This document shows, in pieces, positions 1 to 13,190 of a stretch of 64,000 bases of DNA. A program made the position numbers and the translations under genes. The stretch is from assembly GCF_018977255.1 (NCBI RefSeq), contig NW_024704742.1:102548001-102612000 (forward strand), written 5' to 3'. The DNA comes from Callorhinchus milii (taxonomy: Eukaryota). Position 1 is the first letter of the stretch, and every line of letters starts with the position of its first letter. Under the pieces are notes generated by a model. It had not been told where the DNA came from. It did not search any database and saw only the letters and a list, made by a program, of their open reading frames with translations.

Positions 1-348
1 TTGCGTTTGGAACAAACAATGCAATCACTCCTGTTTGGGGAGAGGAAGGGAGGGAGGGAGGGAGGGGAGGGGAGGGTTAGTTGAGTCTGTGTTATGTGAA
101 GCTCTTCAAGGTTTCTTTCGAGTGTGCACAGAATTGCTGTTTCTTTTGCGTTTGCAATGCCCGGGCAGAGCGAGTTAGCGCTGAGGATTAGTGTGTGATA
201 AAGAAAGAGCTTTGCACAGCAGTGATTTGGGGAGAACGTTGCAGAGAGTAAGCGCTGTGATTTGTGTGTGGACAGTATATGATTCACATTTCCTTCCAGA
301 TCCGAAGAGAGGAAAAGGTCTTTAGGTTTTCTCTTTGATGATATTGTA

Positions 349-382
<34 letters not shown>

Positions 383-1100
383 CTGTATATATCGCTGTGT
401 GTGTAGGATTTTTCCTCGGACGAGCATCAAAGGCAATCGGTTGAAAGTAATCTTCATTAAGTGCTGTGGCTGTGAATCTGCAGCAGTGAAGCTGGGAGTC
501 TGGCAAACCCTCATGTGCTGTGTTGGCTTATTGTCTGGTTTGACAGGAGTGTAGTTGGTACATTTGGGAACTGAAAACAGTGCAGAGCCCCTCCATGTAG
601 GGGAAAGAAGTGGAAGTTTGATTGTGTGGCCATTGCTCTCCAATACATGACAAGAGGCGAGGAGTGGCTCTCCCCCTCTCTCTCCCTCTCTCTGAGCTGT
701 GGGCTGAGTGATCTGAAGCGTGGAGCACTGGGTCAGGCCAGGGGTTAGTGGCCGACAGCTGGCTCAGCAGACAAAAAAAGCTGTGTGGAATAACATCACA
801 GCGACAGAGCGCATTAATGTGGCGTGAAAAGAGAGCCAGTGAGCAACAGAGCAGAACCCCATGACCAAAACATGGGCTATTGGTGTCTTTTATCTTTCAG
901 ATGCACCCAGTTTTTTTTAAAAAAGAGAGATTCTCGATTGCAATGGGTTGAGGACGTTGATTTTATGTCTCTACTTGAGTGTGTTATCTTGCCTTTGAGG
1001 GAGAGGTCCCCGAGAGCCCAACTCTCCTCCTTCCACAGATCTGATGTTGGAATTAAAATGGACCGAATTTAATATGTGCCACCGATGATTGTTGCACATT
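1..1100 (+). promoter_or_regulatory. Putative promoter / non-coding exon 1 region of SEMA6A
   Basis: No interspersed repeats seen; polypurine (GGGA)n tract 37-76; relatively more CpG; candidate donor aga|gtaagc at 247/248; first coding exon has a splice acceptor so an upstream exon must exist. TSS not determinable. Confidence 0.35.
349..382. repeat. Compound microsatellite (TC)n(TA)n
   Basis: Direct reading. Confidence 0.9.
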
Positions 1101-2035
1101 TTGAACGTTTCTGCGTAGAAGAAATAGGTTAAATGCAACACAGCGGTCGGGAATATCCAACCACAAGGGAAAAAAAGCTTTCGATCACTGTAGGAAAGGG
1201 GGAGGGCTTACATCTGCACTTTCAAATTGGCTTTGTGTGTGTGCGTGTGGATGCTCCAATCTCCAGTTAGGCTCTGCCAGGCTCTGTCGCTGGGATCTTC
1301 ATCTATTAATCATGGAAGCTACTTACTTATTCAGTTTCCATAGTTTCAAAGCCTCTGATAGTGTTTTAGTGTCTTGGGAATGGCTTGAAATACAGTAGTG
1401 CCACATGCTCACTAGTCATTCCGGCAGCAATGTGCAACTTAAAGAAAGGTTCACAGTGTTGAGGAAAGCACAACTCCTACTTGCTCTCTCTCTCTCTCTC
1501 CCTCTCTGTGGAGCTTGTTAAATGAACTTCCAGTTAACGTTTGAGGCATTGACTTGGTGCTCAAGTGTTCTTGTTGGTACAATCCTGCTGGGTGTATTGT
1601 CTTTTTTATATACTAAGCAAGGATCCACATTGCAGAGTCGAAAGCCTTTGCTGAGCATTTGAAAATGTTAATCACAATTTCATGATTATTCATCAGCATA
1701 TGCTATTTTTGACATTACTGTCCTGTGCCGGAAATCGGTATTCTGTATGAATGTGTCTCGCAGAAGTGTTAACCACGCTTTGATCAAACTGTATGTATTC
1801 TGTAGCTCTCCCACAGGCCACTTATTGACTGACTGCCAACATTTGCTAAGCGGAAAAACTAATGTGTACCTGAGAGATATTTCTGTTTTCTCTCTTAAAA
1901 TACAGCCTTCTACTTAGAAAGGGAGAGTAGGGCAGGTTGCATTTTTAGTTGCATTGCACGCTGCTGCTCTCCCTCTGTCTCTTACTGAGGTCAGCTTGGG
2001 CAGAGCTGGAAACTCGTGCCAGTTTTTCTTTCTCT

Positions 2036-2072
2036 TGCCATCTGCTGGTGCCCAGGGTGCTCCATCTGCTGG
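2036..2072 (-). promoter_or_regulatory. CTCF-like motif / paired E-boxes
   Basis: TGCCATCTGCTGG (reverse CCAGCAGATGGCA) at 2036-2048 and a second CCATCTGCTGG at 2062-2072. Confidence 0.4.
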
Positions 2073-3716
2073 TCCGACTTAAGGACTACTGCAACCAGTG
2101 GAGGAAGGCGAGATCAGCCATCAGTGGAGTGCAGGGAGTTAAGCACAGGACCTTCTCGGAGGAGCTGTGCTGGTTGACTACCTTTGTTACCTCCCAGAGA
2201 AATTGCGGTTACCCAGCCCTGCACTGGGCTGATGGATCGGGTTGCAGCCGTGTAGGAAAATGCGTCCTCATAATCTTCCATTGTGCTCTGGTCGGGAAGC
2301 GACTGTTGCACTGTGATCTGATCTGAGTGAAACATTACTGGATCAAAGGCTGGTCATGCTCATGCAGGTCGCTTACACAAATCTGATCGTCTTTTACGCT
2401 GGATGAGATCGCAGTGTTTAGACTTTAGGCTCATATGTTGGAAGGTAACAGGGCAGACAAAACATTGCTGATATATCATCAAAAAGTAAGTAGACCTTTT
2501 GTGCAGTTGGTAGTCGTGAATGCTTTCTTCATTCAAGCTTAAAACTGCTCACTAACCTTAATTAATGATTGCTGAATACTTCTGTACTTTATTCCGCATT
2601 TGGCTCCAAGGCACTTTTTATCAGATCTGCTCTGATCCTCTTCAGTAATAGACATGTGTTGACACAGTGAACGAGGTGTCTGGTGTTAGCTTCAAACCAC
2701 TTGACATTTTGATGTTTTGTTAAAAATACAGTTTTTTTTTAATTCGAGTGCTTTCTTTTAATAAAAAAGCGTTTCTATTTCAGAGTGCCAATTTGGTGCC
2801 AATTTTAGAGTGATTTTTTTTTTTAAAAAATGTGATGTTTTGCTTTTGGTTGGAAAAAAAAGCTTGTTTTCTTTCTTTTTTGTGAGATGTCCTATTGCTT
2901 CCCCCCCCCCACCCCCCACCCCCACCCCCACCTCCTCCCCCTCTCTCCCTCCCCACAATATCTTCAATGGGTAATGCATTCCCTTTAATTATTGTTCAAT
3001 TTGTTGATTGAGTAACATGCAAGAGTGCAACTGAGTGTTGGTACTGTACTATGACTCCCTGCCCTGAAATGTCTTTTGATCTGCCCTTAAATGCTGCGTT
3101 AGGGGCTGTGCCATCTGTAAACATTTCAGCAAAGCTGCTTCCTGAGCCGCAAGATGAATCAAAAGTTCTTTCAGCCCCGTTTTCCCCCCAAACCGGGATT
3201 GTAGACAAGAAACTGAATGCTTAACACAAACACATGCTCTGTTCTAAGCCTCCCCCCCCCCCCCTTTTTCTTCTTTGACGCTTCGTTTGCTCGTAATAAC
3301 GAAAAAAAAACGAGATTAAATTGCAGCATATGGTCTAATAATAATGGGTCTAATTGCACTCCTTTGGTGATCAGGAGGAGGAGATCATTTGCCTGTTCTG
3401 TACCTGGTCTCTGAAAAGTCCCATGTTTTTTTTTTTGGGGGGGGGGGGGTTGGAAGTAACTCGCATGGGGATTTATTTAGAGTTCTGTGACATCTCTCTG
3501 TCTTGCACCCCGTTCTTTTGCTAACTACTTCAATTTGGCACGAAAATGGCTGGTAATCAAATGAATGCATCACTAAATCGGATTTACCGAACCTCAACAC
3601 GCAGAAGCTCCTGCAGCAGAGCAAAGCCTTTCACATCCCACGGAGTGAGAATTTTAATGGCATAATGAACTAGAACCAATTCACTGGCAAGATGAGAAAA
3701 AAAAACCCACCCCATC

Positions 3717-3742
3717 TGTGTGTGTGTGTGTGTGTGTGTGTG
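3717..3742. repeat. (TG)13 microsatellite
   Basis: Direct reading. Confidence 0.9.
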
Positions 3743-4774
3743 CATGTGTTCTGCTGCAAAAGGAATTCTCCAAACCCTGCTTTGAAACCAAAACATGATA
3801 GCGGTCAGGCTCAGGCGTTTCCAGCCACTTAAACCGAATTACTGTTGTGCACATTAAGGATTGAGACTGCATTGGGGGTCAAATGTAATTCACACAGTAT
3901 TATGCATTATTTCAAAAAAGGTTCTCCGACCATCATGAAGGCAGCACTGTGAATTTTCGGTGCACTCAAGTGGTCCCAAGTGTCATTCAGTCACAGTTTC
4001 TGCCTGTCATTGTAACAGTGTGTAGCTGTAGGTAACTGCAATTGGGAGAGGGGTACAGATAAGTTAGGACTAGTTGAGCTCCCCAATGGCTTGGTGTGTA
4101 GAAGCAGCACAAGCTTAGTCACACACTGCAGAAAAAGTCTGACAGTCTTTGATTTAGCTGATATCATTCAGGGAGGTGGCAGAGCTTATGTACAAAGAAG
4201 GGAGGGAGCAGAGCTTGAGGGTCCAAAACCCAGCGCTGGTTGTCCAGCGCCCTTTCCGACGTGAACGGCGCTATACAAGTGTAATTTGTTGGGTGTTAAT
4301 GGATCTCAGGCTGACTGGGCTGCGGAATAAAGCGGCATCAGCCAGGATTCGTGCATGCCTTTTATTCCTATTGTGAATGGAAAGTGCTTGTGTGAGGATA
4401 GGGGCTCAAGCTTCGTTGCTCTCCACGGTGGCTGAGCTGGCTCGTGTAGAAAAATGAGCACTTGTGAAAGGTACTGGGCAAACCTACAGGAGAGAAGAGG
4501 GGAGAAAAAAATAGGATTTGAAGGATGGTCACACATCAGGTTTTAGCAATGTTCTTTTCCTCAATGCTTTATTTAGCTAAATGCAATGCTGGGAGATCAG
4601 TGTAGCAAAGTCAAACATTAATGGTAGGTGCAATCTGCAATTTTAGTTTTGACTGTGAGAATGGTCAGAGCACTTACCCTAGTGGGGGCCAACATGCTTT
4701 TTACTGAAACAAATTTCTGCTTCAATTCAGTTTGGTTCCATGAACAATCCCGGTGCGACCCAGTAATAAACCAG

Positions 4775-4874
4775 GCAGTCAACTAGTTTACAGTACATTT
4801 TGCGAAGCACTTTGAGATGCCTTGAAGACGTGATAAGGTGCTATATCAAATGCAAGGATTGTTATTATTATTAT
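4775..4874 (+). mobile_element. SINE 3' tail fragment
   Basis: gaagcactttgagatg...gtgataaggtgctatatcaaatgcaaggattgttattattattat. Confidence 0.8.
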
Positions 4875-6219
4875 CGTAACATCATTGCATTTCATATCAC
4901 AATAAACTTGTGGGTCTTGCTGTCATTGGCACCCATTGCCAGGTAGGCAGTGACTGGGCGATAGTAAAGCGGCCTACATTCATGGACATCCCAAAGGAGG
5001 CCAGCTCTTTTTCGTTGCAGTTGTGACTATAAGATACTGATGACCTGCAGCTTAAACCCATTATTATAGCAACAGCATCTGGTTTAGGTTTTACAAGAAC
5101 AAACTGATGTATTTGTGGATCAAAAAAATAGAACATCTCTTGAGCATCAATTCATTGGCAGTTGTAAACTTTTTCTTTGTGTAAAAAAACCCTTTATTTT
5201 GAATTTTCAAGGCAAAATCCACGCCACAAACTGAGTTCACACACAAGGTCCAATATCTGTTACAAAAAGAAGTAAATGTTCTAGTTTAATAGATAACCTG
5301 TAATAATAGAACTGTTGTGTCTGTCCTTGAATAATCAATACAGTGAGTGGGCACATACACTAAATTGCAGTCTGTGTGTGCAATTCAGAAGGTAGAATTA
5401 ATTCTCAAGAATACGAAGCTGCACAGCTTTCTCAATAAATTATTATGGTCAAACAAAGCTTCAGAAATCACCCAAATGCTTGAGCAAAATTTGATCCCGG
5501 TGATGGCAATATAATTCTTATTTCATACAAAGAGTTAGTTATTTGTTAGATTGGAGCAGTGCTGCATGGCAGGAAGACAGTAAACTTAATCTGCTTGTAG
5601 TCTGCCTTGTCTGGGCGCCGTGTCTAGTTTTTAATCAGTACAGTTTTGGTTGAAAACCGCAAACTAACTAGAAAGCTTGTGTAGTGTGAATACTGGTTTA
5701 CAACTTGGATTTCTGAGGGACGACGTTTTATAGCTCTGTACATAAACAATGCCCCAAATGACTGTGAAGAATACACCTGTCAACGGTCTGTTTCAATTGT
5801 TTGTAGATTACTGGTGAAACAGGAAATTTCTCACAATAAAGATGTCCGACTAATGTTAGTTACACTTGTAGCTGTTAATAAAAGAAGTAGACCTTGAGCA
5901 TTCAAGTCATTGAATGAAAGAGAGGGGGAGGCGGTTTGCACTGCTCTGACAATTCTGCTAGCAGTCACACTGCCCTCCAACGTCTAAACATATGCAGTGC
6001 AGCAGATGGTGAAGGATATCCATTTCTGAAATGTATACTAATGTATTTTATAATGGAGCTATGTTGATCCAATCCTAGCCTAGAATATTATGTCAAAAGT
6101 CTTTAAGAAAATTTCAGGTCAACCCTGCTGACGGTTTCCACAACAGTAACCAGCGATTACATCAATAGTATTTGATATATCACTTGCCCTGGCCAACAAT
6201 GCTCCAGATAAATTACTCG

Positions 6220-6361
6220 CTCTCTTTGTGGGGCTTGAGTCAAATTGATTGCAACATTTACCTACAAAGAGGCAGTTACTACATTTCCCAGCAATTACCT
6301 GTGAAGTGAGTTGAGATGTTTTAGAGGCGTTATATATCAGATTGCAAGGATCGTTATTATT
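6220..6361 (+). mobile_element. Diverged SINE body/tail fragment
   Basis: ctttgtggg...caaattgattgc...gtgaag...ttgagatg...attgcaaggatcgttattat. Confidence 0.6.
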
Positions 6362-9300
6362 TGAGGATTCACATCAGTTCCCTCAGTCATGAATTTTCTA
6401 AACCTGGATTTTTTCCCTCTGATTGTCACCTCTCCTCAAGTGGGTGACTTGTGCTGAACTGCATATGAACAGGTGCACAACACCCACCACAACTGTTCAT
6501 CATGTGTAAGACATTGAGTTTTGGTAGATTAAGACTGAGAGGTAACACAGCTGAATCCTATCCTCATCCAGAACCCATTCAATTAGGAGTTGATGCAGCA
6601 GTAGAGTCAGTGATATTATTATAGAACAGTGATCAGAAATAGGAACAAGTGACCTATTTCTTTTCCGCCTCAGAATCGTTCATCTTTCTCCCCCTCTACC
6701 GTGCCCCCAACCTCAACTCAGGAGTACAGAGGTGAATTCTAACCTGGGATAGCAAAGCAATAGGAATGATTAACTGACTGGGCGTGATCAGACTTCTAAT
6801 GAAACTGCACAACATGGAATTCTAAACCCATCTATAGTAAGGTATATCCTCGTGAATGAAAATTGCTTTTGTTTATGAATCAAGAAAAAAGGTGCCAGAA
6901 CCCTCTTCCTGAAAGCATTTCAGACTCACAAACTGGCAAGATAAGAAGTTCCTGTGGGAATTATGGTGTTACGCTGCCATGGTTACAAGGAGCTGGAAGC
7001 CTGGGTCTACCGTAAATCCATCAATTACTGAACAACATAAGTTAGTGGAGAGGGGGAGCTTTAATTATCAAGTCTCCTTTCACATGTTCTGTTGGTTCAG
7101 AAGTGACTTCTGCACATCTGTAACAGATAAGCACCAATCTGTATTTTAATTACTAACTGATCTGAGCCAAACCAATTACATTTGTTCAGAAAAGTCAAAA
7201 TTGTAACCAGGTTTAGAAGATTTAGAGCAATATGTGTCTGTTCTTTCTTCATCTGTTGGTGTGTTTACTCACCCATATACAGTGGGACATTTGGCCAATT
7301 TCAATGTGTTCTGCCTAATCGTAGGGTATTCTAGAGTGTTTGTACTGAGTTGTTGTACACTTTTGTATTTTTCAGGCTTAATGTATTGATCTCTGAAAGG
7401 GAGTGAGTTGCAAGGGGATTTTCAAAACAAATACTCTTGTATTGTATATTGAATGGGTTTATTTAGTAGTCTTGTGTTTGTGGTCTTTAGGAGGTTATCT
7501 TTCTGAGATATTTACATCCTTGAGTGCCAAGGGGAGAATACTGTGATAGTTGTGGGGTTTACACAGTGTACACTGGCTGTGGTTTAGTGAAGGGGTAGGA
7601 GAGAAATGGAGGGATTTGCATAATGGCTACAGATAATCTAAATATGGAGAAGGGCCCAAATGTGTCTGAAATCAAATTTAATCCAAACCCTCCCACCCCT
7701 CCCCCCCCCATCCCTGGAAACCATTCGTGATCTAAAGGCATGTCAAAAAGCATCCCATAATTACCCTGGCAGAAGGCTGCTCTTTGTTTTGTGAACGGGG
7801 AAATTTTAAAGGGACAGTCCCTGTGCAAAGGAAGTCAAGAATGTGAAATGATGGTTTGGAGTGTTCTTTACCTTTTACTGCCTGAGATAAAGTCGTTACT
7901 TGATGTTTAGCTGCATTTATGTTTGATGCATAATTTTTTAAAAATCATTTTTAATGTACCTATCTGTAGATGGCTGCATATATTTTTACTAAGTAAGTAT
8001 CCAAAACATTGATCTGCTTCATGTTCGCTAACTAAAACAAGCTTTAAAACAAACCCTGGATGCCAGTGCAGCCAAAGACTACAGCGTTCTATAGATTTAA
8101 AATGTTCCCACTGTTTATAGCATAAAATTCCTGGTTGCAAAACACTGCTTCTGCCATCTAGCATGGATTTTTTTCACCTCTGGCATTTTAGATGGAGATT
8201 GTCGTATGCATTGGACTTGAACCTCTAGGCCATCAAGGTGGTTGTCCTGTATAGGTCCTTCCATCAAACTACAAGAAAATATCAAATAGCTGATGAGGAA
8301 ACCCTTGAGACATGGGATCACAGATGCTACCTGGTGACTATTCTCTGGGGAAGAATTTAAGAGAGGTTTCTTTGGGGATGAGCTGGCTCCAAGGTGATTT
8401 GTCCAGCAATGGAATATCAGAATTGAATCAATCCACTGTGTCAATCTTGGTAGGCTAATTCTGTCCAGAAAGACCCGCAGTACTCTGTAAAGCACTGCCA
8501 TCCTGGCTCGTCGGCAGCATTGAAGGGATAGACCAAGTCCTGGGGGCAGAGATTATTCTCACTTGGCTCCTATTAACCCAGCAGGCCAAAGCGCTAACAG
8601 GATGATCTTGACTGGATAAGCCAGACAGTACTTACCATTGCAAGCTATGCGGATTTAGCTGTTTAAACTCCAGCAATACCTCAGCACAGACTCTGGGGAC
8701 CTTACATCTTTAGCTCCTGCCAGCATGTTTCTAATACTTTCTGGAATGAGGTAAACAAAGTGTGTCATTCTGTGGAGAGAGTTCAGTCTATACTAGACAA
8801 ATGGGAAATTTCGTGGTGGCATGCATATGTGGAAATCTTTAGTATGGATACTGACTAACTAAACAAACAGGGATATATATCATAGGCAGTGAGCAAAGGA
8901 CAAACTGGGTACTGTCTCCAACTCAATTATTTATCAGCCTTAATTCCCTTGAGTGGAAACATTGTTATGATGTAAATAGATATTTGGGCTAAAACACAGT
9001 ATTCCAAATGGATGGGCTTTATCAATTCTGATTTGTTTAGTTTTTATTGTTTGAACTACATAGGAACATAGGAGGAAAAGTAGCTCCCAGAACTGGGGAT
9101 TATAGTAAATTAGTTGCCTTGGTCTTCTATTTCTTTTGCCTATGACGGAATGGTTTGAAAATACTGTTGGTATTTTTATAGTCCCTGAAGATAAACGTTT
9201 CACACCACTGATACAAACTCATTGCCAGAATGGAAGTAACCTTTGTGCATTAAACTCCAGACCAACGGTGACTCTTTGATAAAGAGAATATGCCACTAAG

Positions 9301-10634
9301 TGTTCTACATTGAATCATTCTTTCACTTTTGCCAAAGACCTTCATAACCTGTTCACGGCTTTGTGTCTTGCAATCATTCACGATACAACTGAGGCATTGT
9401 GGTCAGTGCCTTATTTTGAATGAGTTAATGACATTTCTGGGATCTATCCACAATGTGTCTACCAATGTCTAATTGTATCTGATCTATTTTGTACAAACCT
9501 AATTCCACACAAAACAAAGGGCAAGTTTCCTTAGGTAAAATACAAGGGCAATTCTAAGATGTACAATGATTGTATCTATAAGTTTGCGGTAGGATTTCCC
9601 AGTGGAGATCATGGCTTATTGATATTAATTTTGTTTCTCTGTATTCTCCCACATTTGTTAAAAGTCCAGTCACTATTTCCTCAGACCGCTATGAGCCGAG
9701 CGGACAATCATTTATAATCTGAGGTAGAAATGTTTCTTTTCATATGTTCATTTTTCATAAAAAAGATTGTTTACAAACCCAATGCTGTATTTAAGCGCAT
9801 TTATCTGATCAAAGTTGTCACTCTCAGTGTAGTGCTGCATGGGAATGTGACAGCATTTGCAATTTAAGTGCCTCCTTGATTGTCTTTTCCTCGCTTGGAA
9901 GGCACTGCTCATTAGAGATGGCAACATGGTTCGTTTAGAGCAATGGGGACCACAGCTTCCTTTGTTTACTGCTTTACTGGAGGCCTTCGAACTTCCCAAA
10001 CCTCCACAACTGAAGGCAGCGACAGAAGGTCGCAATTCGGCACCAAGAACAAAAAATAGCTGTTGTGGCCTGGTTCACTCATTAATTATTGACAAATATG
10101 GGACTATTAGGAGGAAAGAAACCTCTTTTGTGCATGTGTGTGTGTGTTTTAGGGCTCACTTGTTATCAGAAATGAGAGCAATGGTGCATCACCTGGTCGC
10201 ACGTTGTTTTGCACAATGGGGGCATTAAATAAATAATTATGGTTCGTAAGCCAAGACGTTCTTCATTCATGAGCGGAGTCCAGACCGGAAAAAAACCCAA
10301 GAGTATTCCATCAGCCCAAGGATCTTGCATGCACACATCTGATTTTGCATTCCACCTCCAAATCTTCTCAATGTATGTGCTCTCTCCCAACTGAATCACA
10401 ATCTGATTTGTATGCTACCTTCAAAACATCTCACGGAGAGTGCGCCCTCCCTCACAGCCATCTAATAGTGAGCAAAAATGTTTTTAAAAAAGAAACAAAC
10501 TTGTTTTAACTCAATAACTGGATGACGTTCAACAACAATTTGAAGGTTATGTATCCATTCATATTAATCTGGATGGCTTTTAACTGCAGCAGAAGGAGGA
10601 GTTAAGTTATGGGTTCATTTTTTAAAATTGAAAC

Positions 10635-10765
10635 TACATCACATTGTTTCAACTGTGCTTACGGTCATCTCCTCCCTCCAGCTGTGCATTGTGCTCCGCC
10701 ACTGTCAGGCACTCTGGGACACTACCCTGCGTCTGGGATACTATAAAAATGCATGTTGTTGTTGC
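10635..10765 (+). mobile_element. L2 3' tail fragment
   Basis: gcactctgggacactaccctgcgtctgggatactataaaaatgcatgttgttgttg, homologous to the tail of the 50830 copy. Confidence 0.65.
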
Positions 10766-13039
10766 TGTTCCCTTGATACGTGTTGCACGTATTGATGAAC
10801 CTCATTTCTGCAGTGTGCAGGTGAGCTTGCTTACTTTGAATCTTACAACATTGTTTTGAAATTGTCCAAGAAATCATGGGGGGCGTTAGCATGGGTTAAT
10901 GCAGCTGGAAATGGATCGATTATGCTACACCGTAATACATGTGTAGTGATTCTTTCTGTGTATATAAACATAATCTGTAGTTAGTTTAAAACTTAAAAGC
11001 TTGTACCAGGAATATCCTATTGGTTCAAGAGGCCTCAGTCCGTCTGCTAGCAACAACTTGTCTGAGCCTCCTGGAGTTTTCTGCAGTCGAGAAGGTGTTT
11101 GCCTGGGGCAGTTTGTTTAATGCTGGCCTTGGAACAAGCTAAATTGGGGTTAGAGTTGAGAGTGTCAGTAACTATAACCAGTCCACTCCCTCTCTAGACC
11201 GTAGCGATTGCGACTGCCCCTCACTTTGTGACTGAGTAGGTTTATCTTTCAGATTAGATTGAGCTAGTTCCTTACCTCTACCAGCAACCCAAACACAAGG
11301 AATTTGGATTGGTTTGGGATGGTCCGTAAGCCAATCTGTGCAGGTTTAGATGTCGCTTTGCTGATGTTGCATATTCCTGAAGCATCTCTTAGTTCACTGA
11401 GGAAATCTTCTAGTTTTGCACTCGATTAAATCATTAAGCTAGCGCCTGCCTGTGTGATGACTGACTACACTGGGGATAGTGCACCTTGATCCTTGCTATC
11501 TACGCAGCCAGCAAGTGATTTTATTGATTATGCATTTAGAAAAGGCATTTGTGTGTGTACTGCTTTTATTTGCGTGCAGAACGAATTAAGCCTTGTGAAC
11601 GATTCCTTATTTTATAGGCTTTGTTTTCTTCATTTTTAATAAAAAAGCATATTTGCAAGTTCTCTGGTGGCTGATTGCTCCTTTGTGACAAACTAAATCA
11701 ATACATTTCTTAATCAGGTTCGGGAAGCTTCAGTCTGTCAGCTGGAGCATGAAGAGAATAGGTACAAGATTGAAGACTGGAAGAGGCAGCCCTATCTAGT
11801 CACATTACCTTCTATTATGCAGCTCTGCAAGGTTCCTCTTTAGCAATTATAATTGGCACATCTGCCTTTGCCTTGACAGCTAAGTGCATTTTGCAAGTCT
11901 CAGCTTTCGCCATATGATGGCTGTGATAGACCAGAACTGTGAAGTACAAGTCAACACTGGGCACAACTCATGGTGACTATTGCTGGTAGTTTATATTAAA
12001 AATGCATCTAGTGGAATTCAACAGCTCCTCCATTGCCTGCGAGAAAACCTCCAGCTGAGTAAAGAGCAGGTTTTAATGCTTTTAAGTGTTTATGCATCCA
12101 TGGCCTAGATGTTCATTCAAGTGTAAGCAGTACCTGACTTTTCATTTACTGCGATGCACTGTACTTACCGTTGTTAATAGCTGGTAGTAAATGCCACACT
12201 TACCTGTTATTGTTCCTGAGCCCAAACTGATTTTCTAATTAAAAATCTAATATTAGTGATAAAGTGCGAGGCTTGTAATTTTCTCCCCTATTATAACTTA
12301 AAATGATCAACCCCAATGGAATGGTTAAAGCCAAACCACCTGCATGGTAGTTTGGCAAATCCTTTATATTTGTTTAGACCCATGTGATACAATGACCTGC
12401 TTCGATCGCATCAGTTGCAAGTGGTATATTCCAGCTGTCTCCATGCCAACAAAAAAGTGTGGGCAATGTTTTTTGATAACTGGACCAATCCCCTTTCAAT
12501 GACTGCTCACTGAAATGATACACCCAGAACTTTAAACGATCTTCCTGTTTTAGAAGCTGTTTGACCTGTTGTGGATTTCCTACATTTATTTTTGTTTGAT
12601 TCCCAGCACTGCAGGTTTTTTTATTTCCCAAGAAATTTTAGTTGCGAAATGGTGAATCCTGAACACAAAGCAATGCCTATAACACAAGCAACGGAAACAG
12701 GATTGCATTTTTTCCAAAAGGCTCTGCTACTGAAAGGGCTTCTTTTTATAACCTAATCTAGTTAAAAGGGCACTGTGTTCATGATTAATAAGTATTTGAC
12801 ATATCTTTTTGGATTTGTTTACAAACACAACTGCATTGCTATGACTGCAAAATCAGATAACTTACTCAGAACAACAATGATACATGGCTGCAAGAGCCTT
12901 TTCTCCATCTAAATAGTTAAAAAAAACTTTTTCAATATTCTATGAAAAATATTGTTGATCCCCTCGATGAACGAAAAAAGATACCGAAGATACCGTCAAC
13001 CATTGAAACCTCAGTGAGGATATTGTATCTGATATTTGT

Positions 13040-13190
13040 GTGGCTGTTTGTGGGACACTGATATACGCAAATGGGATGCTATATGATCTAAAAATACAGT
13101 CACTACAGACTCACAGTAAAATTTTGTGAAGCACTTCTGAGATGCCTTGACAAAGTGATAAGGCGCTATATCAAAGCAAGTATTATTATG
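13040..13190 (+). mobile_element. SINE body/tail fragment
   Basis: ctgtttgtgggacactg...gtgaagcacttctgagatg...gtgataaggcgctatatcaaagcaagtattattat. Confidence 0.75.
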
